Assembly (NCBI GenBank): GCA_035604915.1
Contig: DATNHQ010000023.1
Location: forward strand, 1-61,211
Reading direction: 5' to 3'
Origin: Solirubrobacteraceae bacterium
GTDB taxonomy: Bacteria; Actinomycetota; Thermoleophilia; Solirubrobacterales; Solirubrobacteraceae
Length of the DNA: 61,211 nt
Shown: piece after piece, positions 16,463-24,175 of the stretch
How the letters are laid out: every line of letters begins with the position of its first letter
Numbering within the stretch: the first letter of the stretch is position 1
Translations under genes and position numbers: made by a program
The notes under the pieces: model-generated
What the model saw: only the letters and a program-made list of their open reading frames with translations
Database searches by the model: none
What the model was told of the DNA's origin: nothing

Positions 16463-17527
16463 ATGAGCGCCCGCGCCGTCGGCGGCGGTGCTCTTGTGAT
16501 CGGCGCGATGCTAGCCGGCCTGGCGGTACTCGGGGCTTGCAGCCTTCTCATGCTGCTCAGCCTCGCGCGCGGTGGCGCGAGCATCGACTCTGGAGCCGGT
16601 AGCCTCGGGCCAGAGAACGCCTACTCGCCGTCGGCGTTCGCGCGAGCCGACATCCCGCCGCTCTATCTCGAGTTGTACATGGCGGCGGCGGCGCGCTTCG
16701 GGCTCGACTGGACGATCCTCGCCGGGATCGGACGTGTCGAGTGCGACCACGGCCGAGACCCGGCGCCTTCCTGCACCGTTGAGGGTCAGTTCAATTCCGC
16801 CGGAGCGGGCGGCCCTGCGCAGTTCCTGCTCTCGACGTGGCAGCGCTACGGCATCACCGCGAGCGGCGAGGGCACGCCTGACATGTGGCATCCGTCAGAC
16901 GCGGTCTTCAGCATGGCGAACTACCTACGGGCATCCGGCGCACCCGCCGACTATTCGCAGGCGATTTGGGCCTACAACCACGCCTGGTGGTATGTGGCCG
17001 ACGTCCTCGCATTTGCCCGCCGCTACCGCGCAGCGACCGTCCCATCGGGGCTGACAGATGGCGCTCCGCGCAGCGTCGTACGCCTGGTCGCCGCCACGCC
17101 CTGGCTGGCGCCGCTTCCCGGAACAGATCTCCGCTGCGACGCGCGCATCATCCCCGATGTCGAATACATTCTCGCTCACTTCGGGCTGATCGCGACATCC
17201 TGCTACCGAAATGATGGCGCCGCCGACCACGGCGAGCATCCGCTGGGTCTAGCGCTCGACGCGGTTCCTGTCGACGGTGACTGGTCACGTGCCCTCAGTG
17301 CCGCCGAAGCGTTTGGCTGGAAGCCCGGGTGCGGGAACACGGGATGCGCCGGCCAGTTGCCGCCACCGATGCGGTTCATTGGCTACAACGGCTACCCGGG
17401 CCACGGCGACCCGGCTAACGCCGGTGCCAACGCCCACATCCATTTCTCTTGGCTCCATGCGCCGGCGGTGCCCGATAGCCAGGCGGCGTGGGTGGATGTC
17501 TTCAGCCTCGATGCCGCGATGCCCTAG
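16463..17527 (+). CDS. Bifunctional cell-wall hydrolase: lytic transglycosylase (SLT) + LAS/M15-type zinc peptidase
   Basis: ATG 16463 followed by a TM anchor. SLT motifs are GIGRVECDHG, GPAQFLLSTWQRYG and AYNHAWWY. The C-terminal EHPLGLALD (H-x2-G-x-A-x-D) plus HIHFSW (H-x-H) match the D-Ala-D-Ala carboxypeptidase fold. Confidence 0.75.
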   Translation: MSARAVGGGALVIGAMLAGLAVLGACSLLMLLSLARGGASIDSGAGSLGPENAYSPSAFARADIPPLYLELYMAAAARFGLDWTILAGIGRVECDHGRDPAPSCTVEGQFNSAGAGGPAQFLLSTWQRYGITASGEGTPDMWHPSDAVFSMANYLRASGAPADYSQAIWAYNHAWWYVADVLAFARRYRAATVPSGLTDGAPRSVVRLVAATPWLAPLPGTDLRCDARIIPDVEYILAHFGLIATSCYRNDGAADHGEHPLGLALDAVPVDGDWSRALSAAEAFGWKPGCGNTGCAGQLPPPMRFIGYNGYPGHGDPANAGANAHIHFSWLHAPAVPDSQAAWVDVFSLDAAMP

Positions 17528-17661
17528 ACCCTCATCGCCGCAACCTTTCCGCTCGCATTGGGTCTAATGGGCATCTCGGCGCATCCTGATGATCGGGGCG
17601 CCTGGCCGGCGGGCGTCCGAGGTGGCGTCTACACCTACCCGCGGAGATCAGCACAAACGAG

Positions 17662-19218
17662 ATGCGCCGAACCACCGTCACAGCCTTACTTTGCGCCGCC
17701 GCGCTCCTCGGCGCGGGTGCGCTGGCCGCCACCGCCGCCTTCGCCTCCCACAACGAGGCGGTGTTCTTCGAGGCGCCGGGCAACCTCCTCGGCGTTTCGC
17801 CGGCGCAGCGCACCAAGGCCCTGGAGCAACTGCAGTCGCTCGGGGTGCACGCGCTGCGGATCGTGCTGTATTGGCGCAACGTCGCGCCCAAGCCGAACCA
17901 CCGCCACCGGCCAAACTTCAACCAGGAGAACCCGGCGCGCTACCGCTGGGGCTCCTACGACCAGCTGATCGCCGCCGTGAGCGAGCTGCACTGGCAGATC
18001 CTGCTGACAGTCAGCGGACCGGTGCCGGACTGGGCGACCCCGCATGGCGAGGACCGGTTCACGAGCCCGAGCACCGGCGACTTCCACCAGTTCATGGTCG
18101 CGGTCGGACGCCACTACGGACGCGTCGTGAAGCTCTATTCGATCTGGAACGAGCCCAACCAGCCGGGCTTCCTGCGACCGCAGTACAGCGGCAAGCAGCT
18201 GGTCTCACCGCAGGTCTACCGCGGCCTCTTCCTCGCCGGGTACTCGGGGCTGAAGGCCTCGGGCAACTTCGCCGGGATGAAGGTGCTGATGGGGGAGACC
18301 TCGCCGATCGGCGTCGTCTCCCAGCACGTTCCCGCGCCGCTCGCGTTCCTGCGCGGCGTGCTCTGCCTCGACGCCAACTACAAACCGGTGGGCCACTGCG
18401 CGAAGCTGCCGGCCGACGGCTACGCGCAGCACCCCTACGACAACGCGAAGGGGCCGTTCGGCGACCCGCCCAAGGACGACGTCACGATCAACACGATCGG
18501 GCGCCTGGTCACGGCGCTCGACCGTGCGGCGTCGGCCGGCGCCATCCGCCATGGGCTGCCGGTCTATGTCACGGAGTTCGGCGTGCAGACCAAGCCGAAC
18601 CCCTACGTCGGTGTGACGCTCGCCCAGCAGGCCGAGTTCGGCGCGATCGCCGAGCACATCGCCTGGAGCAACCCCCGCATCGCCTCGTTCTCCCAGTATC
18701 TCCTCCGCGACGATCACCCGGTCAACGGACACGTCGTCGGCTCGCAGTCGGGGCTCGAGAACTACCGGGGCAGGCAGAAGCCGGGTTACAACGGCTTTCG
18801 CCTGCCGCTGACGGTGACGCGCACGCACAGCGGCGTCGCGCTGTGGGGACTCGTGCGCCCAGAGACCCTGCCGGGCGCAAAGGGCCCGACGGGCCCGACG
18901 GGCGCGACAGGGCCGACGGGGCGCACGGGCGCCTCCGGCGTCACCGGTGCCACCGGCACCACCGGCACGACCGGAGCGACGGGCACAACCGCGCCGATCC
19001 CGTCCCCATCGACAGTGCTCGTGCAGTACTCGACAAACGGCGGCAGGTCGTGGCACGACCTGCAGCGGGTGCACATCGGCGCGGGCGGGGTCTGGACGGC
19101 GAGTGGCCGCTATGCGACCTTCCGCTTTTGGCGGGTGGAGTGGACCTCGCCGTCCGGTCAGACGTTCGTCGGCGCGGCGATCCGCGCGTACTCGAGCTCC
19201 GGGAAGCTCGACTTCTGA
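17662..19218 (+). CDS. Secreted TIM-barrel glycoside-hydrolase-like protein with collagen-like repeat and C-terminal beta domain
   Basis: Signal peptide MRRTTVTALLCAAALLGAGALAATAAFA. GH clan-A style catalytic motifs are IWNEPN and VYVTEFG. Thirteen GXY triplets are followed by a domain of about 75 aa. Confidence 0.7.
   Translation: MRRTTVTALLCAAALLGAGALAATAAFASHNEAVFFEAPGNLLGVSPAQRTKALEQLQSLGVHALRIVLYWRNVAPKPNHRHRPNFNQENPARYRWGSYDQLIAAVSELHWQILLTVSGPVPDWATPHGEDRFTSPSTGDFHQFMVAVGRHYGRVVKLYSIWNEPNQPGFLRPQYSGKQLVSPQVYRGLFLAGYSGLKASGNFAGMKVLMGETSPIGVVSQHVPAPLAFLRGVLCLDANYKPVGHCAKLPADGYAQHPYDNAKGPFGDPPKDDVTINTIGRLVTALDRAASAGAIRHGLPVYVTEFGVQTKPNPYVGVTLAQQAEFGAIAEHIAWSNPRIASFSQYLLRDDHPVNGHVVGSQSGLENYRGRQKPGYNGFRLPLTVTRTHSGVALWGLVRPETLPGAKGPTGPTGATGPTGRTGASGVTGATGTTGTTGATGTTAPIPSPSTVLVQYSTNGGRSWHDLQRVHIGAGGVWTASGRYATFRFWRVEWTSPSGQTFVGAAIRAYSSSGKLDF
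18874..18990 (+). repeat. Collagen-like (Gly-X-Y)x13 coding repeat
   Basis: GAK GPT GPT GAT GPT GRT GAS GVT GAT GTT GTT GAT GTT, read directly in frame of the 17662 ORF. Confidence 0.9.
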
Positions 19219-19225
19219 GCGACGC

Positions 19226-19780
19226 TCAGCGGTTCTGGCCCGGCACCCACAACGGCTCCTCGCCGTGGTTGGCGTCGCGAGCGAGGATGAACAGCAGGTC
19301 GCTCAAGCGGTTGAGGTAGCGCAGCGTCTGGGGGCTCGCGGCCGGGCCGAGCGCGACGACGCGGCGCTCCGCGCGCCGGCAGACCGTGCGGCAGACGTGC
19401 AGCCACGCCGCCGCCGGCGTGCCGCCCGACAGCACGAACGAGCGCAGCGGCTCGAGCCCGGCGTTGACCTCGTCGCAGCGCTGCTCGAGCCACTCGACCT
19501 GCTCGGGCAACAGCCGCAGACGGTCGCGCGGGTCATCCTCGGGCACGGCCAGGTCGGCGCCGAGATCGAAGAGGTCGTTCTGGATCCGCCGCAGCCACTG
19601 CGCGGTTTGCGCCGGCATGTCGGCGAGCGTGAGCGCGAAGCCGATCTGCGCTCCGAGCTCATCCACCTGGCCGTATGCCTCGATCCGCGGGTCCGCCTTG
19701 GAAACGCGGCTGCGGTCGCCGAGATGAGTCTCGCCGCCGTCGCCGAGCTTGGTGTAGATGCGTGTGAGGTTGACGGTCAT
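19226..19780 (-). CDS. pduO: PduO-type ATP:cob(I)alamin adenosyltransferase
   Basis: The sequence IYTKLGDGGETHL...RIEAYGQVDELGAQIG...IQNDLFDLGADL and the 184 aa size are typical of MMAB/PduO-type enzymes. Confidence 0.9.
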   Translation of the reverse strand: MTVNLTRIYTKLGDGGETHLGDRSRVSKADPRIEAYGQVDELGAQIGFALTLADMPAQTAQWLRRIQNDLFDLGADLAVPEDDPRDRLRLLPEQVEWLEQRCDEVNAGLEPLRSFVLSGGTPAAAWLHVCRTVCRRAERRVVALGPAASPQTLRYLNRLSDLLFILARDANHGEEPLWVPGQNR

Positions 19781-19814
19781 GAGTGCTTGTCGCAGTGTCG
19801 CAGAGCGCTACGAT

Positions 19815-19990
19815 GCCCCCGTCATTGGTCGGTGGCATGGGAAGCCGGTGCAACGCCGGCGCGGACCCGCCACTGTGACCGGGGACGTCCGCCGCACGCG
19901 CGCAAGCGCAGGCCACTGGCTCGCCACAGCTAGCCGGGAAGGCGCGGCAGGATCGGCCCGGAAGCCAGGAGACCTGCGCCGACCGCAAGC
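19815..19990 (+). promoter_or_regulatory. Cobalamin (B12) riboswitch
   Basis: The core is GGTGGCATGGGAAGCCGGTGCAACGCCGGCGCGGACCCGCCACTGT. It is followed by GCCACTGG...CCGGGAAGGC and the B12 box GAAGCCAGGAGACCTGC. Candidate P1 is GGTCGG (19826) pairing with CCGACC (19978). It sits directly upstream of the transporter operon. Confidence 0.9.
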
Positions 19991-20025
19991 CCACATAGAC
20001 CCTCGTGGAAAGGGGTTGGCGAATC

Positions 20026-20778
20026 ATGCAACGAATCCTCGGCGTGCGCCCGGCGCTCGCTCTCCTCGCTACCGCTGCGCCGGCGCTCGCGCTCGCGATG
20101 ACGGCTGCGAACACCAGCGCCGCCGCGACCTCGGCGACCGCGATCACCGTGCGCGTCGAAGGCACGACCAAGACTCTCGTGCCAACGACGGCCGTCACAC
20201 TCGGCTCGCGCGCCGTCGTCAAGGACGGCAAAGCGACCGACAGCTGCAGCGGCCAGAGCGCCGCCGCGGCGCTCGAGCTCGCAAGCCGCGGGAACTGGAA
20301 GGGAACCTGGTCGGCGTCCTATCACGCCTACTTTCTGACCTCGATCGAGGGCCTCGGCTTCCCCTCGACCGGGGCGGAGTACTGGGCGTTCTGGGTCAAC
20401 GACAAGCCCTCGGCATCGGGGATCTGCGGCTACGACCCCAAGCCAGGCGACAGCCTGCTGTTCTTTCCCGACTGCTTCGGCAAGAAGTGCCCGAAGAGTG
20501 ACGGCGTGCTCGGCGTGAAGGCGGCCGCTTTCGCGACCGTCGGTCACCCCTACACGGTCTCCGTGACCGCTTACAGCGACGCCAAGGGGACGCCGTCGAG
20601 GGCGGCTGGAGCGACCGTCAGCGGCGGTGGTGCAACCGCCAAGACGGCCGCCAGCGGCACGGCGACGCTGGCCTTCGCCCACGCGGGCCACTTCACCCTC
20701 GATGTGACCAAGCCAAGCGCCGTGCGGACCGAGGCGTCCGTCTGCGTGCAGGCCGCCGCCGCGACGACGTGCGGATGA
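20026..20778 (+). CDS. Secreted DUF4430 domain protein
   Basis: RBS gaaagggg precedes ATG 20026. The signal peptide is MQRILGVRPALALLATAAPALALA. The DUF4430 core is AEYWAFWVNDKPSASGICGYDPKPGDSLLFF. Confidence 0.75.
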   Translation: MQRILGVRPALALLATAAPALALAMTAANTSAAATSATAITVRVEGTTKTLVPTTAVTLGSRAVVKDGKATDSCSGQSAAAALELASRGNWKGTWSASYHAYFLTSIEGLGFPSTGAEYWAFWVNDKPSASGICGYDPKPGDSLLFFPDCFGKKCPKSDGVLGVKAAAFATVGHPYTVSVTAYSDAKGTPSRAAGATVSGGGATAKTAASGTATLAFAHAGHFTLDVTKPSAVRTEASVCVQAAAATTCG

Positions 20779-21699
20779 GTGTCACGAACTGACGCGATCT
20801 GTGCGAGCGTCGCCGTCGTGGCGACGCTCGCGCTCGCGGGCTGCGGCCTCGGCGCCGGCAGCAGGCCCGTGCGCGTCTCGCTGCTCGTAACACAGGGCTT
20901 CGGCGCGCAGACCGTGCTCGCCAGGCAGGCGCCCAAGGTCGTCGGCGCCGACACGGTGATGCGCATGCTCGAGCGTAACGCCAGCGTGACGACGCGCTAC
21001 GGGGGCGGCTTCGTCGAGAGCATCCAGAAGCTCTCGGGCGGCGGCGCCAGCGACTGGTTCTACTACGTCAACGGCGTGCAGGCCGGGAAGGGCGCCGCCG
21101 ACACCAAGCTTCACAGTGGCGACCACGTCTGGTGGGACCGTCACGACTGGGCCGCGACGCAGACGATCCCGGCCGTCGTGGGCTCCTTCCCCGAGCCGTT
21201 CCTCGACGGTTACGGCGGCAAGCGCCTGCCGCTGCTGATCGAGTGCACACAGACCGCCTCGCCCTCGTGCCGGGCCGTCGAGGACGAGTTCACGAGCCTC
21301 AAGCTCGTCGCCTCGCTCAGCTGCCTGCTCTGCTCGCAGTACAACGAATCGCTGCCCGTGCTCGTCGGCCCCTACGCAACGCTGACGCCAGCCCCGGCCG
21401 CTGTGAAGCTGGCGGGGCCGGTCTCCTCGAGCGGCGTCTACGCCCGCTTCGAAGACGCCGGGCGCAAGCTCGTGCTGCTCGATCAGCGCGGGCGCGTCGT
21501 TCGCAGCGCCGGCGCCGGCGCCGGCCTGGTCGCGGCGACGCGCTACGCCGGGCAGCCGCCGACCTGGTTCGTCACCGGCACCGACGCCGCCGGCGTGGCT
21601 GCGGCGGTGCAGGCCTTCAATGCGCAGACGCTCGACGGCCACTTCGCTGTCGCCGTGATCGACGACGCCGCGATCCCCCTGCCCGACAGCGGGCCATGA
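20779..21699 (+). CDS. Lipoprotein with DUF4430 domain
   Basis: GTG immediately follows the previous stop. The lipobox is LALAGC. The DUF4430 core is DWFYYVNGVQAGKGAADTKLHSGDHVWWD. Confidence 0.7.
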   Translation: MSRTDAICASVAVVATLALAGCGLGAGSRPVRVSLLVTQGFGAQTVLARQAPKVVGADTVMRMLERNASVTTRYGGGFVESIQKLSGGGASDWFYYVNGVQAGKGAADTKLHSGDHVWWDRHDWAATQTIPAVVGSFPEPFLDGYGGKRLPLLIECTQTASPSCRAVEDEFTSLKLVASLSCLLCSQYNESLPVLVGPYATLTPAPAAVKLAGPVSSSGVYARFEDAGRKLVLLDQRGRVVRSAGAGAGLVAATRYAGQPPTWFVTGTDAAGVAAAVQAFNAQTLDGHFAVAVIDDAAIPLPDSGP

Positions 21700-22544
21700 C
21701 CTACCTGCGCCGCGCGAGCCCGCTGCACGCGGCGCGCGCCAGCGTCGCCGCGGCGTACTGCGCTGCGCTTGTGACAGCCGCGTTCCTGAGCTCGCACCCG
21801 CTCGTGCTCGCCGTGCTCGCGCTGGCCGTACTCGGCGCGGGCCTGGCCTGCGGCGTCGGCTCCCGCGTCGCCCGCTCGCTGTGGCTGTCGCTCCCGATGG
21901 GGCTCGCGATCGTGCTCGTCAACGCGCTCGTCACGCGCGAGGGGCTGACCGTGCTCGTGCGCCTGGGCGACGGCGGCCCGCTCGGGCAGCTCGACGTCAC
22001 GCTCGAGGCGCTCGCCTTCGGCGCCAAGGAGGCGCTACTGCTGGTCGTGGTCGTCGCGGTCGCCGCGCTCGCGAGCGCGGTCATCGATCCCGACGAGGTG
22101 CTGCGCTCGCTGAGGCGCGTCTCCTTTCGCTCGGCGCTGACGGCGACGATCGCGACGCGGATGCTGCCGCTGCTCGCGCTCGACGCTCGCCGCATCGGCG
22201 AGGCGCAGCGCTGCCGTCCGCAGCCGCCCGGCCGCCTTGCGGTGATGCGGGCAATCACCGCCAACGCCCTCGACCGCTCGCTCGACGTCGCCGCCACGCT
22301 CGAGGTGCGCGGCTACGGCTCGGCGCGACGGCCACCGCGCACGCGCCGGGCCGCCTCGCGCCACGACCTCGCCGTCGCCGCCTCCGCCGTCGCGCTGGTC
22401 GCGCTCGCGGCGGCTTGGCCCGCGCCGTTCTCCTACTACCCGACGATCGCCGGCTCCTTCGATGCCTCGGCCTTCGCGCACGCCGCCGCGCTCGCGCTGG
22501 TGGCGCTGGCTCCGTTCACGCAGCGACGCGGGATCTCACGGTGA
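21696..22544 (+). CDS. ECF transporter transmembrane (T) component, EcfT/CbiQ family
   Basis: ATGA overlap with the upstream gene. The protein is polytopic with the conserved Arg-rich coupling region (ATRMLPLLALDARRIGEAQRCR). Confidence 0.7.
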   Translation: MTYLRRASPLHAARASVAAAYCAALVTAAFLSSHPLVLAVLALAVLGAGLACGVGSRVARSLWLSLPMGLAIVLVNALVTREGLTVLVRLGDGGPLGQLDVTLEALAFGAKEALLLVVVVAVAALASAVIDPDEVLRSLRRVSFRSALTATIATRMLPLLALDARRIGEAQRCRPQPPGRLAVMRAITANALDRSLDVAATLEVRGYGSARRPPRTRRAASRHDLAVAASAVALVALAAAWPAPFSYYPTIAGSFDASAFAHAAALALVALAPFTQRRGISR

Positions 22545-24175
22545 ACGCGCTAGAGCTACACGCGGTCACCTACTCCTACCCGGCAGCGTCCGAGCCGGCG
22601 CTGCGCGACCTCACGCTCGAGATCGCCGAGGGGGAGTTCGTGGTGCTCGCCGGCGGCTCGGCTGCCGGCAAGTCGACGCTGCTCGGCGTCGCCAGCGGGC
22701 TCGTCCCGCATTTTCACGGCGGCCGCTTCGACGGCCGCGCGGAGGTGTGCGGCATGGACCTGCGTAGCCACGGGCCGGCGGCGCTGGCGGGCGAGGTCGG
22801 CACGCTGTTCCAGGATCCGGAGACGCAGGTCGTGATGGGCACGGTTCGCGCGGAGCTCGCCTTCCCGCTCGAGAACCGTGGCTACGAGGCGGTGGCGGTC
22901 GCGCGCGGGGTCGAGGAGGTCGCGCTCGCGCTCGGCATCGAGAGCCTGCTCGAGCGCACGACCGTCGATCTCTCGGGCGGCGAGCTTCAGCGCGTCGCGC
23001 TGGGGGCGGCGCTCGCCGGGCGCCCGCGCCTGCTCGTGCTCGACGAGCCGACCTCGCAGCTTGACCCGGTCGCGGGCGATGAGCTGTTGGCGCTGCTGCG
23101 ACGGCTGAACGAGGAGTGGGGGACGACGATCATGCTGGCCGAGCACCGCCTCGAGCGCTGCCTCGCCGCGGCCGATCGCGTGATTGCGCTCGAGCGGGGC
23201 GCCGTCGCCTGCGACGCGGCCCCGAGCGGCTTCCTCGAGTGGGCCCATCGGCGCGAGCCAGGGCTCGAAACGCCGGGCGCGGCCCTGATCGCCGGGCTCG
23301 GCCTGGGCCCGCCGCCGGCCGGCGTCAAGCAGGCCCGCGCGACGCTGCGAGCGGCCGGGCTGCTGCCCGACGTCGCGGCCGCGCCCGAACCGCCCGGCGA
23401 CCACAGCCGGTCGCCTGGCGGCTGGCGACGGCACCGGGCGGAGGGGGCGCCGGCTCTGCAGCCGACGCTTCGCCTGCGGCGCGTCTGGCATGAGCTGGCG
23501 GGCGGGCGGGCGATCCTGGCCGACGTCTCGCTGTCGGTTCGCCCGGGCGAGCGCGTCGTGCTGCTGGGTCGAAACGGCGCCGGCAAGTCGACGCTCCTGC
23601 GCCACGTCGGCGGGCTGATCGAGCCGACGCGCGGGCGGGTCGAGCGCTCGGGGCGCGTCGCGCTCCTGCTTCAGAACCCCGGGGACTACTTCGTCCATGA
23701 CCGCGTCGGCGATGAGCTCGACGCGGAGGCGCTGCGCGAGGCGGGCCTCGAAGCGCTCGCCGACCGCCATCCGCGCGACTGCTCGGGCGGTGAGCGCCAG
23801 CGCCTCGCGCTCGCGATAGTGACCGCGGGAGACCCGCCTGCGGCCGTGCTGTGCCTCGACGAGCCGACGCGCGGAATGGACCGCCTCGCCAAGCGTGCGC
23901 TCGCCGATCGGCTCGTCGAGCGCTCGGGGCTCGGCGGCGCCGTCGTCGTGGCGACGCACGACCCCGAGTTCGCGGCGTCGTTCGCGACGCGCGCTGTGCT
24001 GCTCGCCGACGGCCGTATCGTCGCCGACGCGAGCCCCGCCGAGCTGCTCTCCGGGGGCTGGTATTTCGCGACCGAGACGGCCCGCATCCTCGGCGGTCAC
24101 GCCGGCATCCTCACCGCGGTCGAGGCCATCGCCCGGCTCGGCGCCGGCGCGGGTGCGCTGGAGTCGCGCGCATGA
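22541..24175 (+). CDS. Fused tandem ABC ATPase (EcfA-EcfA'-like)
   Basis: GTGA overlap. There are two full NBDs: Walker A GGSAAGKST and GRNGAGKST, signature LSGGELQR and CSGGERQR, Walker B LLVLDEP and VLCLDEP. Confidence 0.9.
   Translation: MNALELHAVTYSYPAASEPALRDLTLEIAEGEFVVLAGGSAAGKSTLLGVASGLVPHFHGGRFDGRAEVCGMDLRSHGPAALAGEVGTLFQDPETQVVMGTVRAELAFPLENRGYEAVAVARGVEEVALALGIESLLERTTVDLSGGELQRVALGAALAGRPRLLVLDEPTSQLDPVAGDELLALLRRLNEEWGTTIMLAEHRLERCLAAADRVIALERGAVACDAAPSGFLEWAHRREPGLETPGAALIAGLGLGPPPAGVKQARATLRAAGLLPDVAAAPEPPGDHSRSPGGWRRHRAEGAPALQPTLRLRRVWHELAGGRAILADVSLSVRPGERVVLLGRNGAGKSTLLRHVGGLIEPTRGRVERSGRVALLLQNPGDYFVHDRVGDELDAEALREAGLEALADRHPRDCSGGERQRLALAIVTAGDPPAAVLCLDEPTRGMDRLAKRALADRLVERSGLGGAVVVATHDPEFAASFATRAVLLADGRIVADASPAELLSGGWYFATETARILGGHAGILTAVEAIARLGAGAGALESRA

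Larger units (their letters stand above)
9180..17527 (+). other. Gram-positive-type (Tcp/Tn916-like) type IV secretion / mating-pair-formation gene cluster
   Basis: Seven co-directional genes, several with overlapping or abutting stops and starts (GTGA at 9761 and 11576, ATGA at 14005). The order TcpC-like, small 2-TM, TcpE-like, VirB4, VirB6-like, hydrolase parallels tcpC-D-E-F-(H/G) of pCW3. Confidence 0.75.

Noticed and set aside
19216-19228. Palindrome TGAGC-GAC-GCTCA containing both convergent stop codons (glycosidase-like gene and pduO)
   Set aside because: It has only a 5-bp stem and a 3-nt loop, too weak to call a bidirectional terminator. I noted it as a curiosity.
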